A stretch of DNA of 64,000 nt from an uncultured Pseudobdellovibrionaceae bacterium (GCA_964400355.1 CAYNTO010000003.1:84706-148705); one strand, 5' to 3'. Shown: positions 36,346 to 44,975, counted from the stretch's first letter. The notes: a model not told the origin generated them from the letters alone. Translations and numbers: made by a program.

Positions 36346-37107
36346 GTGCGTTCGTATTCAAATATAAAGTTGGTGGGCATCTTGGCCGTGATGCTTGTTT
36401 GCTCGCAGTGTGCCCTGTTGCCGTACAGTCCTCACACGCAAATGTCTAAAGAGGTAAACACGCACCTCTACAAAAAATCACTTCAGGAACTGAAGATGGA
36501 TCTGGTTGCCGCTATGCCGGTGCTCTACTCCCCGAAAACTCCAGTCATTACGATTTACGAACAAGGATCGGGTCTTCGCGTCTTCTCGAACCCGACAACC
36601 TTGGATGTGTGGCAAAAGGGCATTACCCATAACGGGAAATTTTACTACACGGCCGCAAAACCTGTATCGTTGGAAAAACTCAAAGAGGTTGAGAATTCGG
36701 AGAGTTGGAGATCACAAGTGGAAAGCACGTTCGTAAATGGCCCATTCCATATCATTGAAGACACTCCCGAGAATTTTATTATCATCAAGGGCAACGAAGT
36801 TTTCAGCGGAAAGGCCGTGGACGGCGGAAGCCAATTGCATGTTTTTTCGATGACGAAATTTCAAAGAGGACCCATTGAGCAGGGTGTACAGTTGGATCCT
36901 GTGGAGAACACTCAGGTGAAGTGGTGGAACCTTGTCGAGGTGAGACAAGATCCCATCATCTTTGAAAAGTCTTATAAAGACTTTGCGAAGCCCTTCCCCG
37001 CACGCGCCTTGGCAGCTCTGTATTTATTAGACCCTGAGTATGCAAAGAGCCGCGCGAAGCATTTGCACGACGAACATGTTAAAGCCGTTCAGGCATCGGG
37101 TTTTTAA
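36346..37107 (+). CDS. hypothetical exported protein (possible lipoprotein)
   Basis: 253 aa. GTG start with GGAGG 7 nt upstream. Signal-like LVGILAVMLVCSQCALL. Confidence 0.5.
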   Translation: MRSYSNIKLVGILAVMLVCSQCALLPYSPHTQMSKEVNTHLYKKSLQELKMDLVAAMPVLYSPKTPVITIYEQGSGLRVFSNPTTLDVWQKGITHNGKFYYTAAKPVSLEKLKEVENSESWRSQVESTFVNGPFHIIEDTPENFIIIKGNEVFSGKAVDGGSQLHVFSMTKFQRGPIEQGVQLDPVENTQVKWWNLVEVRQDPIIFEKSYKDFAKPFPARALAALYLLDPEYAKSRAKHLHDEHVKAVQASGF

Positions 37108-37144
37108 GGGCTCCCTACGACACCTGCTTAATTCGAACACTCGC

Positions 37145-38818
37145 CTAAAAAGACTGAACTGAATATTCAAAAGTGCTAGGACTTAAACCAGTGCTCGTCA
37201 TGTTGAGCGTTGCGCTCGTAGAGGGAGTCGACGATTTTATGTAAAAATAGGCGCCACTTTTACCAGATCCAATGGACCGAGACATGGACGATGCCGCAGT
37301 GTCGGTGCAGGTGGCGGTTGCGTGAAGCACCGGGGAAGAGCTATTGATCAGTAAAGCGACGCTGTTAGCGGAACTATTAATGAGGTGTGCACCATCAGAA
37401 TTTTTAAGATGCACCATAAACGGTCCTTCACAGCGGCCCAAAGCAAGTGTTCGTGCGCCAACGATAGAGGTACTGGTAGGGTTGGAGTTACCGAGCGCGT
37501 ACATCGTTAGAAATCCAATAGTAGTTCCGTTCTGCACAACCAGGTTGGAGCGGCCTGCTCCGGGGCCGTAAGGGAATTTAACGTATATAGTCTCCAGAGT
37601 GAGATGACTTTGAGTGGTAATATCGTTTGTACAGCCACTGTCACTATAAACACTGTAGTTGCGTTGAGCACTGCCGGCCGAGTAGTTACTAAAACTGTAG
37701 GGTGCTGTGCTCAACGAATACTGTGCACCACCGAGATCGTGTAGGCTCACTTTGTAAGCGTAGCAGACATCTTTCTGGATGAGCTCTGATCCCAACAGCG
37801 AAAAGGTCTTGTTGCTACTGCTTCTGGGATAGATAGACCAGTACGCATTTTGAGACGAAGAGAAAAAAGCGGGTACCAATGATGCCGTATCAGGAACCAT
37901 CTGGAGCTTGTAAGCGGTTTCTACGGTGGGATCGATTTTCATCCAGCGAGTGGTCGTTTCCACTCCGGCCAAAACAGAAAAGCTGCTCGATCCACTCATA
38001 CTATCGACACAATCGGCTGCCGACGAGTAAGTTTCGATAGGTTCATTGCCGCCAGCTTCTAATAGGCGTTTGGTCTGAACCACACTGTCAGAGGTCAGTG
38101 GCTTGTTTTTCCAGAAGATATTTTTTGGCGTCACATGAAAAGGCTCGCACGCATTTGCGCGAAACCGATTCGAAGTGGGAAACGTCTGCTTGTCGACATA
38201 CAGGACCGCTGCAGCTGCATCGGTGTCTCCGCTAATTTCCCCGTTCGTCACACCATATTTGAGGCACTGATCGACCCAGTTCTGTGGTTCCAACGTTGTG
38301 GGTATGGCAATCTCTTGTGTATTGCCAGAGCCGAGGGAGCGGTTGAGAACACTGCCAATGAGATAGGCGTTAGAAGAGGTTACAGTTTTGATATTCAGTG
38401 AATAAAACGATACCCCGTATTGCCGACACCCCAGTGGCGGGACACTTTTCGTACCAAAAAGATAAAAGTGGCGGTTGTCACCGACCGGTACATCCATTTG
38501 AATCACGGAGTTTTGGCCTTTTTCGATACCGCCGACAAGCAAACCCGCCGAAATGGCATTGCTCAGGTCGCCGTTAGCCATCTTTTGGCCACACGCCATC
38601 GTGTTCATGTAGTCCTCTGGACCACCTACGAGTACGTAGTAACAGTTGATCTCATTAAGATTTGTCGGTTCGGAGGTGGATGTACTTTGAGTGAAGGCTT
38701 TATCCGCTTGGATCCGGATGCTTACCGGAATGGTTTCCCCTTTTTTCCGTGCGCACGCCAAGAGAACGATGAAAAGGGGGGAAAGTAGAAGAATATTTTT
38801 AAATGCAGATGGTTTCAT
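37145..38818 (-). CDS. large hypothetical lipoprotein (Ser/Thr-rich)
   Basis: 557 aa from ATG 38818. MKPSAFKNILLLSPLFIVLLAC lipobox. The track's 38908 start would run across the upstream terminator. Confidence 0.6.
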   Translation of the reverse strand: MKPSAFKNILLLSPLFIVLLACARKKGETIPVSIRIQADKAFTQSTSTSEPTNLNEINCYYVLVGGPEDYMNTMACGQKMANGDLSNAISAGLLVGGIEKGQNSVIQMDVPVGDNRHFYLFGTKSVPPLGCRQYGVSFYSLNIKTVTSSNAYLIGSVLNRSLGSGNTQEIAIPTTLEPQNWVDQCLKYGVTNGEISGDTDAAAAVLYVDKQTFPTSNRFRANACEPFHVTPKNIFWKNKPLTSDSVVQTKRLLEAGGNEPIETYSSAADCVDSMSGSSSFSVLAGVETTTRWMKIDPTVETAYKLQMVPDTASLVPAFFSSSQNAYWSIYPRSSSNKTFSLLGSELIQKDVCYAYKVSLHDLGGAQYSLSTAPYSFSNYSAGSAQRNYSVYSDSGCTNDITTQSHLTLETIYVKFPYGPGAGRSNLVVQNGTTIGFLTMYALGNSNPTSTSIVGARTLALGRCEGPFMVHLKNSDGAHLINSSANSVALLINSSSPVLHATATCTDTAASSMSRSIGSGKSGAYFYIKSSTPSTSATLNMTSTGLSPSTFEYSVQSF

Positions 38819-38913
38819 ATTTGCAGTACTCCCGATGAGTACAAGAATATTGCAGAGCCATCTGCTCCGGCTACGTATATTCAGTTTCCCATAGGAAGGA
38901 CTAGGCAAAGTGG

Positions 38914-38950
38914 TAAAAAAAAAGCCTCTAATTTTGCAATTAGAGGCTTT
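38914..38950 (-). terminator. intrinsic terminator of the poly-Lys micro-ORF
   Basis: Minus strand: AAAGCCTCTAATT-gcaa-AATTAGAGGCTTT (13-bp stem) followed by a run of 10 T. Confidence 0.75.
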
Positions 38951-38976
38951 ACAGATTTCAAATTGAAATCAAAAAA

Positions 38977-39048
38977 CTACTTCTTTTTCTTTTTAGCAGC
39001 TTTTTTCTTACCAGTTTTCTTCTTAGCTGCTTTTTTCTTCTTAGCCAT
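38977..39048 (-). CDS. 23-aa poly-lysine micro-ORF (MAKKKKAAKKKTGKKKAAKKKKK)
   Basis: Perfect SD AAGGAGG (complement of 39054-39060) 5 nt from the ATG. 15 of 23 codons are Lys. Stop TAG, then two hairpins, the second a strong terminator. Below the ORF-track cutoff. Confidence 0.45.
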   Translation of the reverse strand: MAKKKKAAKKKTGKKKAAKKKKK

Positions 39049-39201
39049 TGATGCCTCCTTGGATGCATTAGTTATTGTTGTTACTATTGTTGTCACTAAT
39101 GCTTTCAGTTTACTCATGTGACTATATTCGTCAATAGGAAATTATAACTTTAGTACTTTTTTTGAATATTGATCGATTTTTTATTTGGAAAGGTGCTGTT
39201 A

Positions 39202-39945
39202 ATGAATTTTTTTGTGCAAATGTTCGGAATTTGCATCGGATATTTCGTAATTCGAAACTTTCAGCGACAATTTTTTATTCCATCATCGATAATGACAAAA
39301 ATTGTCAGCGGTTTTTTCTTCGTTCAGTGGATCACATTTCACTTTTCGACAAAAATTCTTTCCATAATTGTTTTGAATGTCGTGTATGTGGGTGGAATTC
39401 TCATCGCGCTTTTTATTTTTCATAAACGACGGGAGATTCAATTCCAGCGCGGCTTTCCGGACATTCTTACGGCGATGATTCTGCAAATGAAAATTGGAAA
39501 GTCGTTTCGCGTGAGCTTCCAAAACGCGCTCACCACGCTGCCCGAGTACCAGCGGGAGACATTAAGGAAAATCCAACAGAATGTGGCTTTTTTGCCACAA
39601 ATGACGGACAAAAAAATGACGAGAGATCGATCATTTCGCGCATTTTTGCTGCAAGAATTCTTAAAAATCGATCAATCACAGCACAAAACGATCGAAAAAC
39701 TGGAAAATTTTCGCGGCAGGTTAATTATTGCCAATAATTTCCGACGTAGGTCCGGCCGGATACGCGAAAATATCTACGTTCAGGTGGGTATTATGGGATT
39801 TTTTTATGTCGCGGCGTTTGTATATGTCATCACGACGATGAATTTTGCCGCTGTCCGCGATGTGATTTTGATGTCGATGACACTTTTCGTGCTGGGTTTA
39901 TTGGGTGCAATCGCTTTGGGTAGGAAAATAAAATGGACGCTATAG
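39202..39945 (+). CDS. TadB-like inner-membrane protein (single T2SS-F domain)
   Basis: 247 aa from ATG 39202 (AAGGTG 6 nt upstream; the track's TTG 39169 is less likely). FPDILTAMILQMKIGKSFRVSFQNAL and the C-terminal FRRRSGRIRENIYVQVGIMGFFYVAAF match the GspF/TadB-C domain pattern. Confidence 0.55.
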   Translation: MNFFVQMFGICIGYFVIRNFQRQFFIPSSIMTKIVSGFFFVQWITFHFSTKILSIIVLNVVYVGGILIALFIFHKRREIQFQRGFPDILTAMILQMKIGKSFRVSFQNALTTLPEYQRETLRKIQQNVAFLPQMTDKKMTRDRSFRAFLLQEFLKIDQSQHKTIEKLENFRGRLIIANNFRRRSGRIRENIYVQVGIMGFFYVAAFVYVITTMNFAAVRDVILMSMTLFVLGLLGAIALGRKIKWTL

Positions 39946-40367
39946 CTTCGCCATATATATTTGTTGAGAGTTTGCGCTACGAACTGGAGTCGGGAGGTAC
40001 ACTGTTGCCAATTGTTCGTAACCTTTCACAGGAAATCTCTGGTGAATTTGGTTTGCAGATAGAGCAATGGCTGGCGAATACCCAAACGAATCGCCTCGAA
40101 GTGGGAGAGGTGCAAAAATCCTGGTCACTTTACAGAAAATCCATATTTGATCTGCTAGATATGTCGCGAGCGGGGGTCAGCATCATTGAACCGCTCAAGT
40201 CCATGGAGAAAGAGATGCTACAAATATGCGAAAACGATCTGCAACGCCATTTGGATCGCTTACCTTTTAAATTAATGGTTCCCATGCTGTTTTTCCAGTT
40301 TCCCGGTGTGATGCTATTAATTGTGGGGCCACTGATGGTGCAGTTTTTTACGGAGATAGGGTCATGA
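39933..40367 (+). CDS. TadC-like minimal T2SS-F domain protein
   Basis: 144 aa. LLDMSRAGVSIIEPLKSMEKEM...RHLDRLPFKLMVPMLFFQFPGVMLLIVGPLMV matches the T2SS-F C-terminal pattern. Overlaps the upstream gene by 13 nt. Confidence 0.5.
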   Translation: MDAIASPYIFVESLRYELESGGTLLPIVRNLSQEISGEFGLQIEQWLANTQTNRLEVGEVQKSWSLYRKSIFDLLDMSRAGVSIIEPLKSMEKEMLQICENDLQRHLDRLPFKLMVPMLFFQFPGVMLLIVGPLMVQFFTEIGS

Positions 40368-40846
40368 AACACGCTTTAGCGATTTTTACTGGTTGTATAG
40401 TGCTCATTGTGGTTCAAAAGGCATGGGCACAGGACGACTCTGCAGAAAAGGTGTCGAGTTTACAGAAAAAATGTATGGTGGAGCTTCGCCATCAATTTAT
40501 ACCAAAAAACTGTTATAGATGGGTGGAATTTGCTGCGCTGAGGCCTGAGCGCCGAAAATATCTCCATCAATGGTTTGATTCGGTCTGTAAAAAAGCTCTC
40601 TATAAGAATGAGAGTCTGGTGCAACATCATGTGCACGATCTCTCACAATTTAGCCAAGACTGTCAAAAGCATCTCGAGCTGGCTTTTACCCAGTGGAGCT
40701 ATAAATCTAAATCCGAAAATCCCGAAAAGGTGATCCAACTCATGGTCACAAAGAATGGCAAGGAACTTGAATACAGTTCCGTACATGATCAAAACCAACC
40801 ACGATCGCACAGAAATACTCGAAGTCCTCGGCGAAGGCTTAACTAG
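40364..40846 (+). CDS. hypothetical periplasmic 4-Cys protein
   Basis: 160 aa. ATGA overlap with the upstream gene. Signal MKHALAIFTGCIVLIVVQKAWA; four Cys in the mature part; basic C-terminal tail overlaps the kinase start. Confidence 0.45.
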   Translation: MKHALAIFTGCIVLIVVQKAWAQDDSAEKVSSLQKKCMVELRHQFIPKNCYRWVEFAALRPERRKYLHQWFDSVCKKALYKNESLVQHHVHDLSQFSQDCQKHLELAFTQWSYKSKSENPEKVIQLMVTKNGKELEYSSVHDQNQPRSHRNTRSPRRRLN

Positions 40847-41921
40847 TCGAGTTTACAAAGCTATTAGGAAACACAGTGCGCTCAACGTGCAGCAGGTAGT
40901 GGCGCTAAAGGTCTTGCATTCCCAGGAACTGATCCACTCTCTAAAAAATGAGATCGAACTACTGCTCACGGTAGACTCCCCGAATTGCGTGAAATTGCTG
41001 GGCTGGGAAGAGACAGGTATGGGGCTTGCGTTGGTGCTCGAATTTCTCGATGGGGTTTCCCTCGAAGATCTCTGCCGCTATCGTTCCTTGAGCGCCTTGG
41101 AAGTGGAGGACATAGTCTTTCAAATTCAAGAAGGCCTAAAAGAACTTCACAAAAAAGGCATCATTCACGGTGATCTAAGTCCCAAGAATATTTTTGTGAC
41201 TACTTCGGGACAAATTAAAATCATCGATTTCGGCTTTAGCACTCGAGAACAAAAACCTTGCGAGTTTGCCACACCCAACTGTATGGCACTCGAAGCCTGG
41301 GCAGGCCGAGCCCTTACGCCTTCTTCAGATTTGTTTTCGCTGGGTTTACTCCGTGAGACACTGCTCAATGACGAAGCGTCGATAAATTTTAAAAACTGGA
41401 AGCTCCGTGCAGAGAATTTAAAAAATAAAAATGTTTTGTTGTGTGAAGACCCCAATGATCGCATGTTTATGGAGCTCACTGCTCAAATTTCGGAGCGCAC
41501 CAAAATTGGTAAATACGTCAGCGAGATGATGCGCTGGCGTCAGCAGCAGCAACCGACCATTAAACTACAATCCTCTTTGAATGTTGGAGTGGGGGTGGGT
41601 TGTCCTGTTTACAAACGCGTTATTTTTTGGTGTTTGGCACTTATAGCTTCCGCATCCGTCTCTGCAGTGGCTTATGTTCCGTCGACGACAGATCTCCAGT
41701 CCTCATATTCATTAGACATGCGTGCTCCGGTTTGGGTCAAAACAAAACTCTATCGGCGGAGCGCCGGGCAACAATGGCTTTACCATGAAGGCTATGTGCC
41801 AATTGTCATCTCAACACTGCCATCTGGCGACTACGTACTGAGCTGGACATCGGAAAAAAAATCGGGGATGATAAATCTACAAATGCATGAAAACAGAAAA
41901 ATCGTTTTTGATGCGCAATAA
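40785..41921 (+). CDS. membrane Ser/Thr protein kinase (Hanks-type, non-RD) with C-terminal PEGA-like domain
   Basis: About 378 aa. Gly-loop LGEGLTSRVYKA, VALKVL Lys, catalytic HGDLSPKN, IIDFG, TM VIFWCLALIASASVSAVAYV, then a beta-rich tail with LPSGDYVLSW. Start is 40785 or 40755. Confidence 0.82.
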   Translation: MIKTNHDRTEILEVLGEGLTSRVYKAIRKHSALNVQQVVALKVLHSQELIHSLKNEIELLLTVDSPNCVKLLGWEETGMGLALVLEFLDGVSLEDLCRYRSLSALEVEDIVFQIQEGLKELHKKGIIHGDLSPKNIFVTTSGQIKIIDFGFSTREQKPCEFATPNCMALEAWAGRALTPSSDLFSLGLLRETLLNDEASINFKNWKLRAENLKNKNVLLCEDPNDRMFMELTAQISERTKIGKYVSEMMRWRQQQQPTIKLQSSLNVGVGVGCPVYKRVIFWCLALIASASVSAVAYVPSTTDLQSSYSLDMRAPVWVKTKLYRRSAGQQWLYHEGYVPIVISTLPSGDYVLSWTSEKKSGMINLQMHENRKIVFDAQ

Positions 41922-41941
41922 TCATCGCATGGAGAGTTGCC

Positions 41942-42712
41942 ATTTCATTTTTACAAGCCATCATTTTGGGAATCGTTCAGGGAATCACCGAGTTTTTACC
42001 TATCTCCAGTGATGGTCATTTAGTTCTTTTTCAAAAATTTTTTTCTATGGATTCAGGCACTTTAACTCTGAACATTATTCTTCATTTTGGCACTTTGTTG
42101 GCGGTGATTATCTACTTTTGGAAAGATCTGGTAAAGGTTATCGATTGGAGATTTATTAAGCTTGGCGTAGTCGCCTCTGTGCCAACCGCAGTGATTGGAC
42201 TGATTATTAAAGAGCTTTTTGATTTCGATCACGTCGCATTACCAGTAGTTGCCGCTTTTTTTGTATTGTCGGGCTTAGCAATTTATTTGGCCCATCGGAA
42301 GATGTACGGCAAATCCTATGCACCATTTTCAGTGGAGACAATGTACGCTGAAATTAACTATAAATATGCGTTTTTGATCGGCGTGGCGCAGGGCCTAGCA
42401 GCACTTCCAGGCTTGAGCCGCTCGGGGAGTACCATTGCTGTCGCAGTGTTGTGCTCAGTTTCGGGACCATCTGCTCTCTTTTTTAGTTTTGCGATCTCTA
42501 TTCCAGCAATTGCCGGTGCTGTGGCCCTCGAGTTAAAAGACGCTATTATCGCTCCGGAACACATCCCAGTGTATGGTGTTGGCGCTTTTACCGCATTTGT
42601 CGTGGGTATGGTTTGCTTGGCGGTAATGAGATACTTGTTTTCGGGCCGCGCGCGGCTCGATTTTTTTAGTTACTATCTTTGGGCACTTGCGGTAGTGCTC
42701 TGTATTATTTAA
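41942..42712 (+). CDS. uppP: undecaprenyl-diphosphatase (BacA/UppP); start codon unresolved
   Basis: LQAIILGIVQGITEFLPISSDGHL is the UppP N-terminal signature. The conserved residues FLQAII lie upstream of the only canonical start (TTG 41966). ATT at 41942 has GGAGAG 5 nt upstream. Confidence 0.8.
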   Translation: MSFLQAIILGIVQGITEFLPISSDGHLVLFQKFFSMDSGTLTLNIILHFGTLLAVIIYFWKDLVKVIDWRFIKLGVVASVPTAVIGLIIKELFDFDHVALPVVAAFFVLSGLAIYLAHRKMYGKSYAPFSVETMYAEINYKYAFLIGVAQGLAALPGLSRSGSTIAVAVLCSVSGPSALFFSFAISIPAIAGAVALELKDAIIAPEHIPVYGVGAFTAFVVGMVCLAVMRYLFSGRARLDFFSYYLWALAVVLCII

Positions 42713-42724
42713 GTTCTATTCTTT

Positions 42725-43837
42725 TCACTTGAGTGTTGGGCGACTGGTGAATGCCGTACTCCAGGAAGGTCCACAATATTCTTTTTTAAAGTCGCGCTTA
42801 CTTCCATGAACCGTTCCCACGCCATCAATGATCGCGGTCTTGCGGGCGCGCACATCTTTTACATACACCGATTTTACCAAAGTAAGACGGTATTCCAGCA
42901 GTTTTTTTAATTTGGCAGTCTCGCTGGCTTTTGCGTTTGTTTTGAGCCATGTGGCAAATTTGCTCTCTACGCCCGAAGTTAAACTCCCATTTTGAACGAC
43001 AATATCAAAAAAGAACAAATAAGAGCGCATTTCTTTAAGGTTGTACTTGGTCATGTAAGCGATTGCCCGGTTATGAATTGTTTTTGCGGCCTGTATTTGC
43101 ACAGAAACATAGGCGGGCGTGCTAGCAAGGTTCTGCAAAGAATTTTTCCAAGCTGCTTTGAAGGAGCTTCCCGAGTATAGATTTTGTACCGCCCAATTCA
43201 CTGATGCCTGATTGCGGTTGCTGGACGCTTTTTGAAGCGGAAGATTTTCGCCGGCCGCATCGAGGAGTTCAGGATCATCGAGTGATGAGGTGGGGTTGTC
43301 GTACACGTCTAAATCTTCTTTGCTGGCTTTTGAGAGCAAGCTTCCGCCATTCCATGTTTTCAACATACCTGTCATTGAAGTGAACTGTGCGGACGTGAGA
43401 TTTGTCTTAAAACTACTTTCATTTTTCTTAAGCAACTGTAAGAGAAGAGTTTGCAGCGAACCCTGGCCCAAGTTTTGATTAAACAGACCCAGGCTCACAC
43501 CTTGTCCATCAAAGTTGTTGGAGAGGTTTTCCCAACCTTCATGACCTTCGAAGCTTCCACTCATATTCATAGCCAAACCGAAAAGCGTCGCTGTGATTTG
43601 ATTGGTGCCAGTAGGCCAGGTCACTTTGTCGAAGTTGAGATCAGAACAAATATTAGGCTTGAGATTTGACGTCACCGAGTTGTCGCTCGATTCACTAGAA
43701 GAATCGGAATCATCGGTTGCGGAGTTTTCATCATCGCTCAACAGAGTTGACGTGTAGAGACTGGGATCGGCGTTTTTTCCGCAAGAAATGCTCACCAGTG
43801 AAGCCAGTACAATAAAGGCGAAAAGTGTAAAACGCAT
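42725..43837 (-). CDS. hypothetical lipoprotein (possible lysozyme-like glycosidase)
   Basis: 370 aa. Lipobox LVSISCG and an acidic Ser/Asp linker. FEGHEGWENLSNNFDGQGVSLGLFNQNLGQGSL resembles an E...DGxGxSxGxxQxN motif of some muramidase/chitosanase-like families (recalled only). Confidence 0.4.
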   Translation of the reverse strand: MRFTLFAFIVLASLVSISCGKNADPSLYTSTLLSDDENSATDDSDSSSESSDNSVTSNLKPNICSDLNFDKVTWPTGTNQITATLFGLAMNMSGSFEGHEGWENLSNNFDGQGVSLGLFNQNLGQGSLQTLLLQLLKKNESSFKTNLTSAQFTSMTGMLKTWNGGSLLSKASKEDLDVYDNPTSSLDDPELLDAAGENLPLQKASSNRNQASVNWAVQNLYSGSSFKAAWKNSLQNLASTPAYVSVQIQAAKTIHNRAIAYMTKYNLKEMRSYLFFFDIVVQNGSLTSGVESKFATWLKTNAKASETAKLKKLLEYRLTLVKSVYVKDVRARKTAIIDGVGTVHGSKRDFKKEYCGPSWSTAFTSRPTLK

Positions 43838-44267
43838 ACCTCTTTAACGGTATCAGGACTCGACTTATGAATGGTCCTGGATTCGTCGAAATTTTGGTCG
43901 ATTTAGACTATTAGCCTGATATTTAAATCGAATTGGCTGCCGGTAAACCCTATTTTTTTACTGCGAGATTGGGAAATTTCGTTGAAATCCTTTCCAAAAG
44001 AGGTGGGTTTGTAATCGATAAGTTTTCAATTAGGACGATCGGTTAGCTCAAACGCGCATCAGCGAGGTGACCATTTCAGATCTTAAATGGTGGGATAAGT
44101 GAATGGATTTGCGTGAGAATAGATAAGTGGAAAACGAACCATAATAGGATCTATCAAAATTATTCATAGATACAATGTTTGATTAAAAGTGGTCGTTCGA
44201 CAAATCTCGACCTTGTACCAGGACGAGTTTCTTGGACCACCGGGAAGGGTGAATGGGAGGGAAGAAT

Positions 44268-44876
44268 ATGAAGGGATTATTATTAACAGCACTATTGGGG
44301 TTGGTTTCATTTGGCGCACACGCGGATGATATTGCATTGGGCGAACCATCTTATGGAGGCACGGGGTGTCCGCAAGGAACAGTGGGAATTACGCTTTCAC
44401 CAGATTCAAAAGTTCTAAGCATGATTTTTGATTCTTACGTTGCCGAAGCCGGCAAATCGATTGGTAAGACTTTGCAAAGACAAACATGTAATTTGTCGGT
44501 GCCAATCCATGTGCCACAGGGCATGAGCGTGAGCGTCCTTAAAGTGGACTATCGTGGATATGTGTATGCTCCTAAAGGAACATCAGCGCAGTTCAATGTG
44601 GAATATTTTTTAAAAAGCTTTAATGGTTCGACGACTGGTCCAAAAGTGTCCAAGTCATTCTCAAACTACGACAATGATTACTTGATCTCTAACCAATTGG
44701 GCCTTCAAGCCGTGGTTTGGTCGGCGTGTGGTGAGGACGTGAACTTGCGCGTAAATTCGTCGATGACGGCAAAATCAAATGCTAAAAAAGACGATGTGCT
44801 TGCAACTGTAGACAGCGTAGACATCGCTGGCGGCATCATCTACCAACTTCAATGGCAAACGTGTAAAAAGAAATAA
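44268..44876 (+). CDS. secreted DUF4360-like protein
   Basis: 202 aa from ATG 44268 (GGGAGGG upstream). Signal MKGLLLTALLGLVSFGAHA. The GGTGCPQGT motif and overall size fit my recollection of DUF4360. Confidence 0.55.
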   Translation: MKGLLLTALLGLVSFGAHADDIALGEPSYGGTGCPQGTVGITLSPDSKVLSMIFDSYVAEAGKSIGKTLQRQTCNLSVPIHVPQGMSVSVLKVDYRGYVYAPKGTSAQFNVEYFLKSFNGSTTGPKVSKSFSNYDNDYLISNQLGLQAVVWSACGEDVNLRVNSSMTAKSNAKKDDVLATVDSVDIAGGIIYQLQWQTCKKK

Positions 44877-44896
44877 TTCGTATCGCACACATTTGT

Positions 44897-44925
44897 AAAC
44901 GGCCCAAGCAGGGCCGTTTTTTATT
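44897..44925 (+). terminator. intrinsic terminator
   Basis: AAACGGCCC-aagca-GGGCCGTTT followed by TTTT. Confidence 0.72.
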
Positions 44926-44975
44926 TCACGGAAGACGAGTTTTAAATCCAGATCCATACTGAGGGGGAAAAGGTC

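Noticed and set aside
38914-39048. Classical amino-acid biosynthesis attenuator (Lys leader peptide)
   Set aside because: The downstream gene is a lipoprotein of unknown function, not a lysine pathway gene. I could not find an antiterminator pairing that competes with the terminator stem. It is kept only as a minor alternative within the micro-ORF finding.
43838-44267. Possible tmRNA or other structured RNA in the 430-bp gap (CTGGATTCGTCGAAATTT resembles the tmRNA 5' CUGGAUUCGACGGGAUUU)
   Set aside because: There is no GGGG 5' acceptor strand, no T-arm/CCA 3' end, and no tag reading frame ending in Ala-Ala-stop on either strand. The similarity is limited to about 12 nt.
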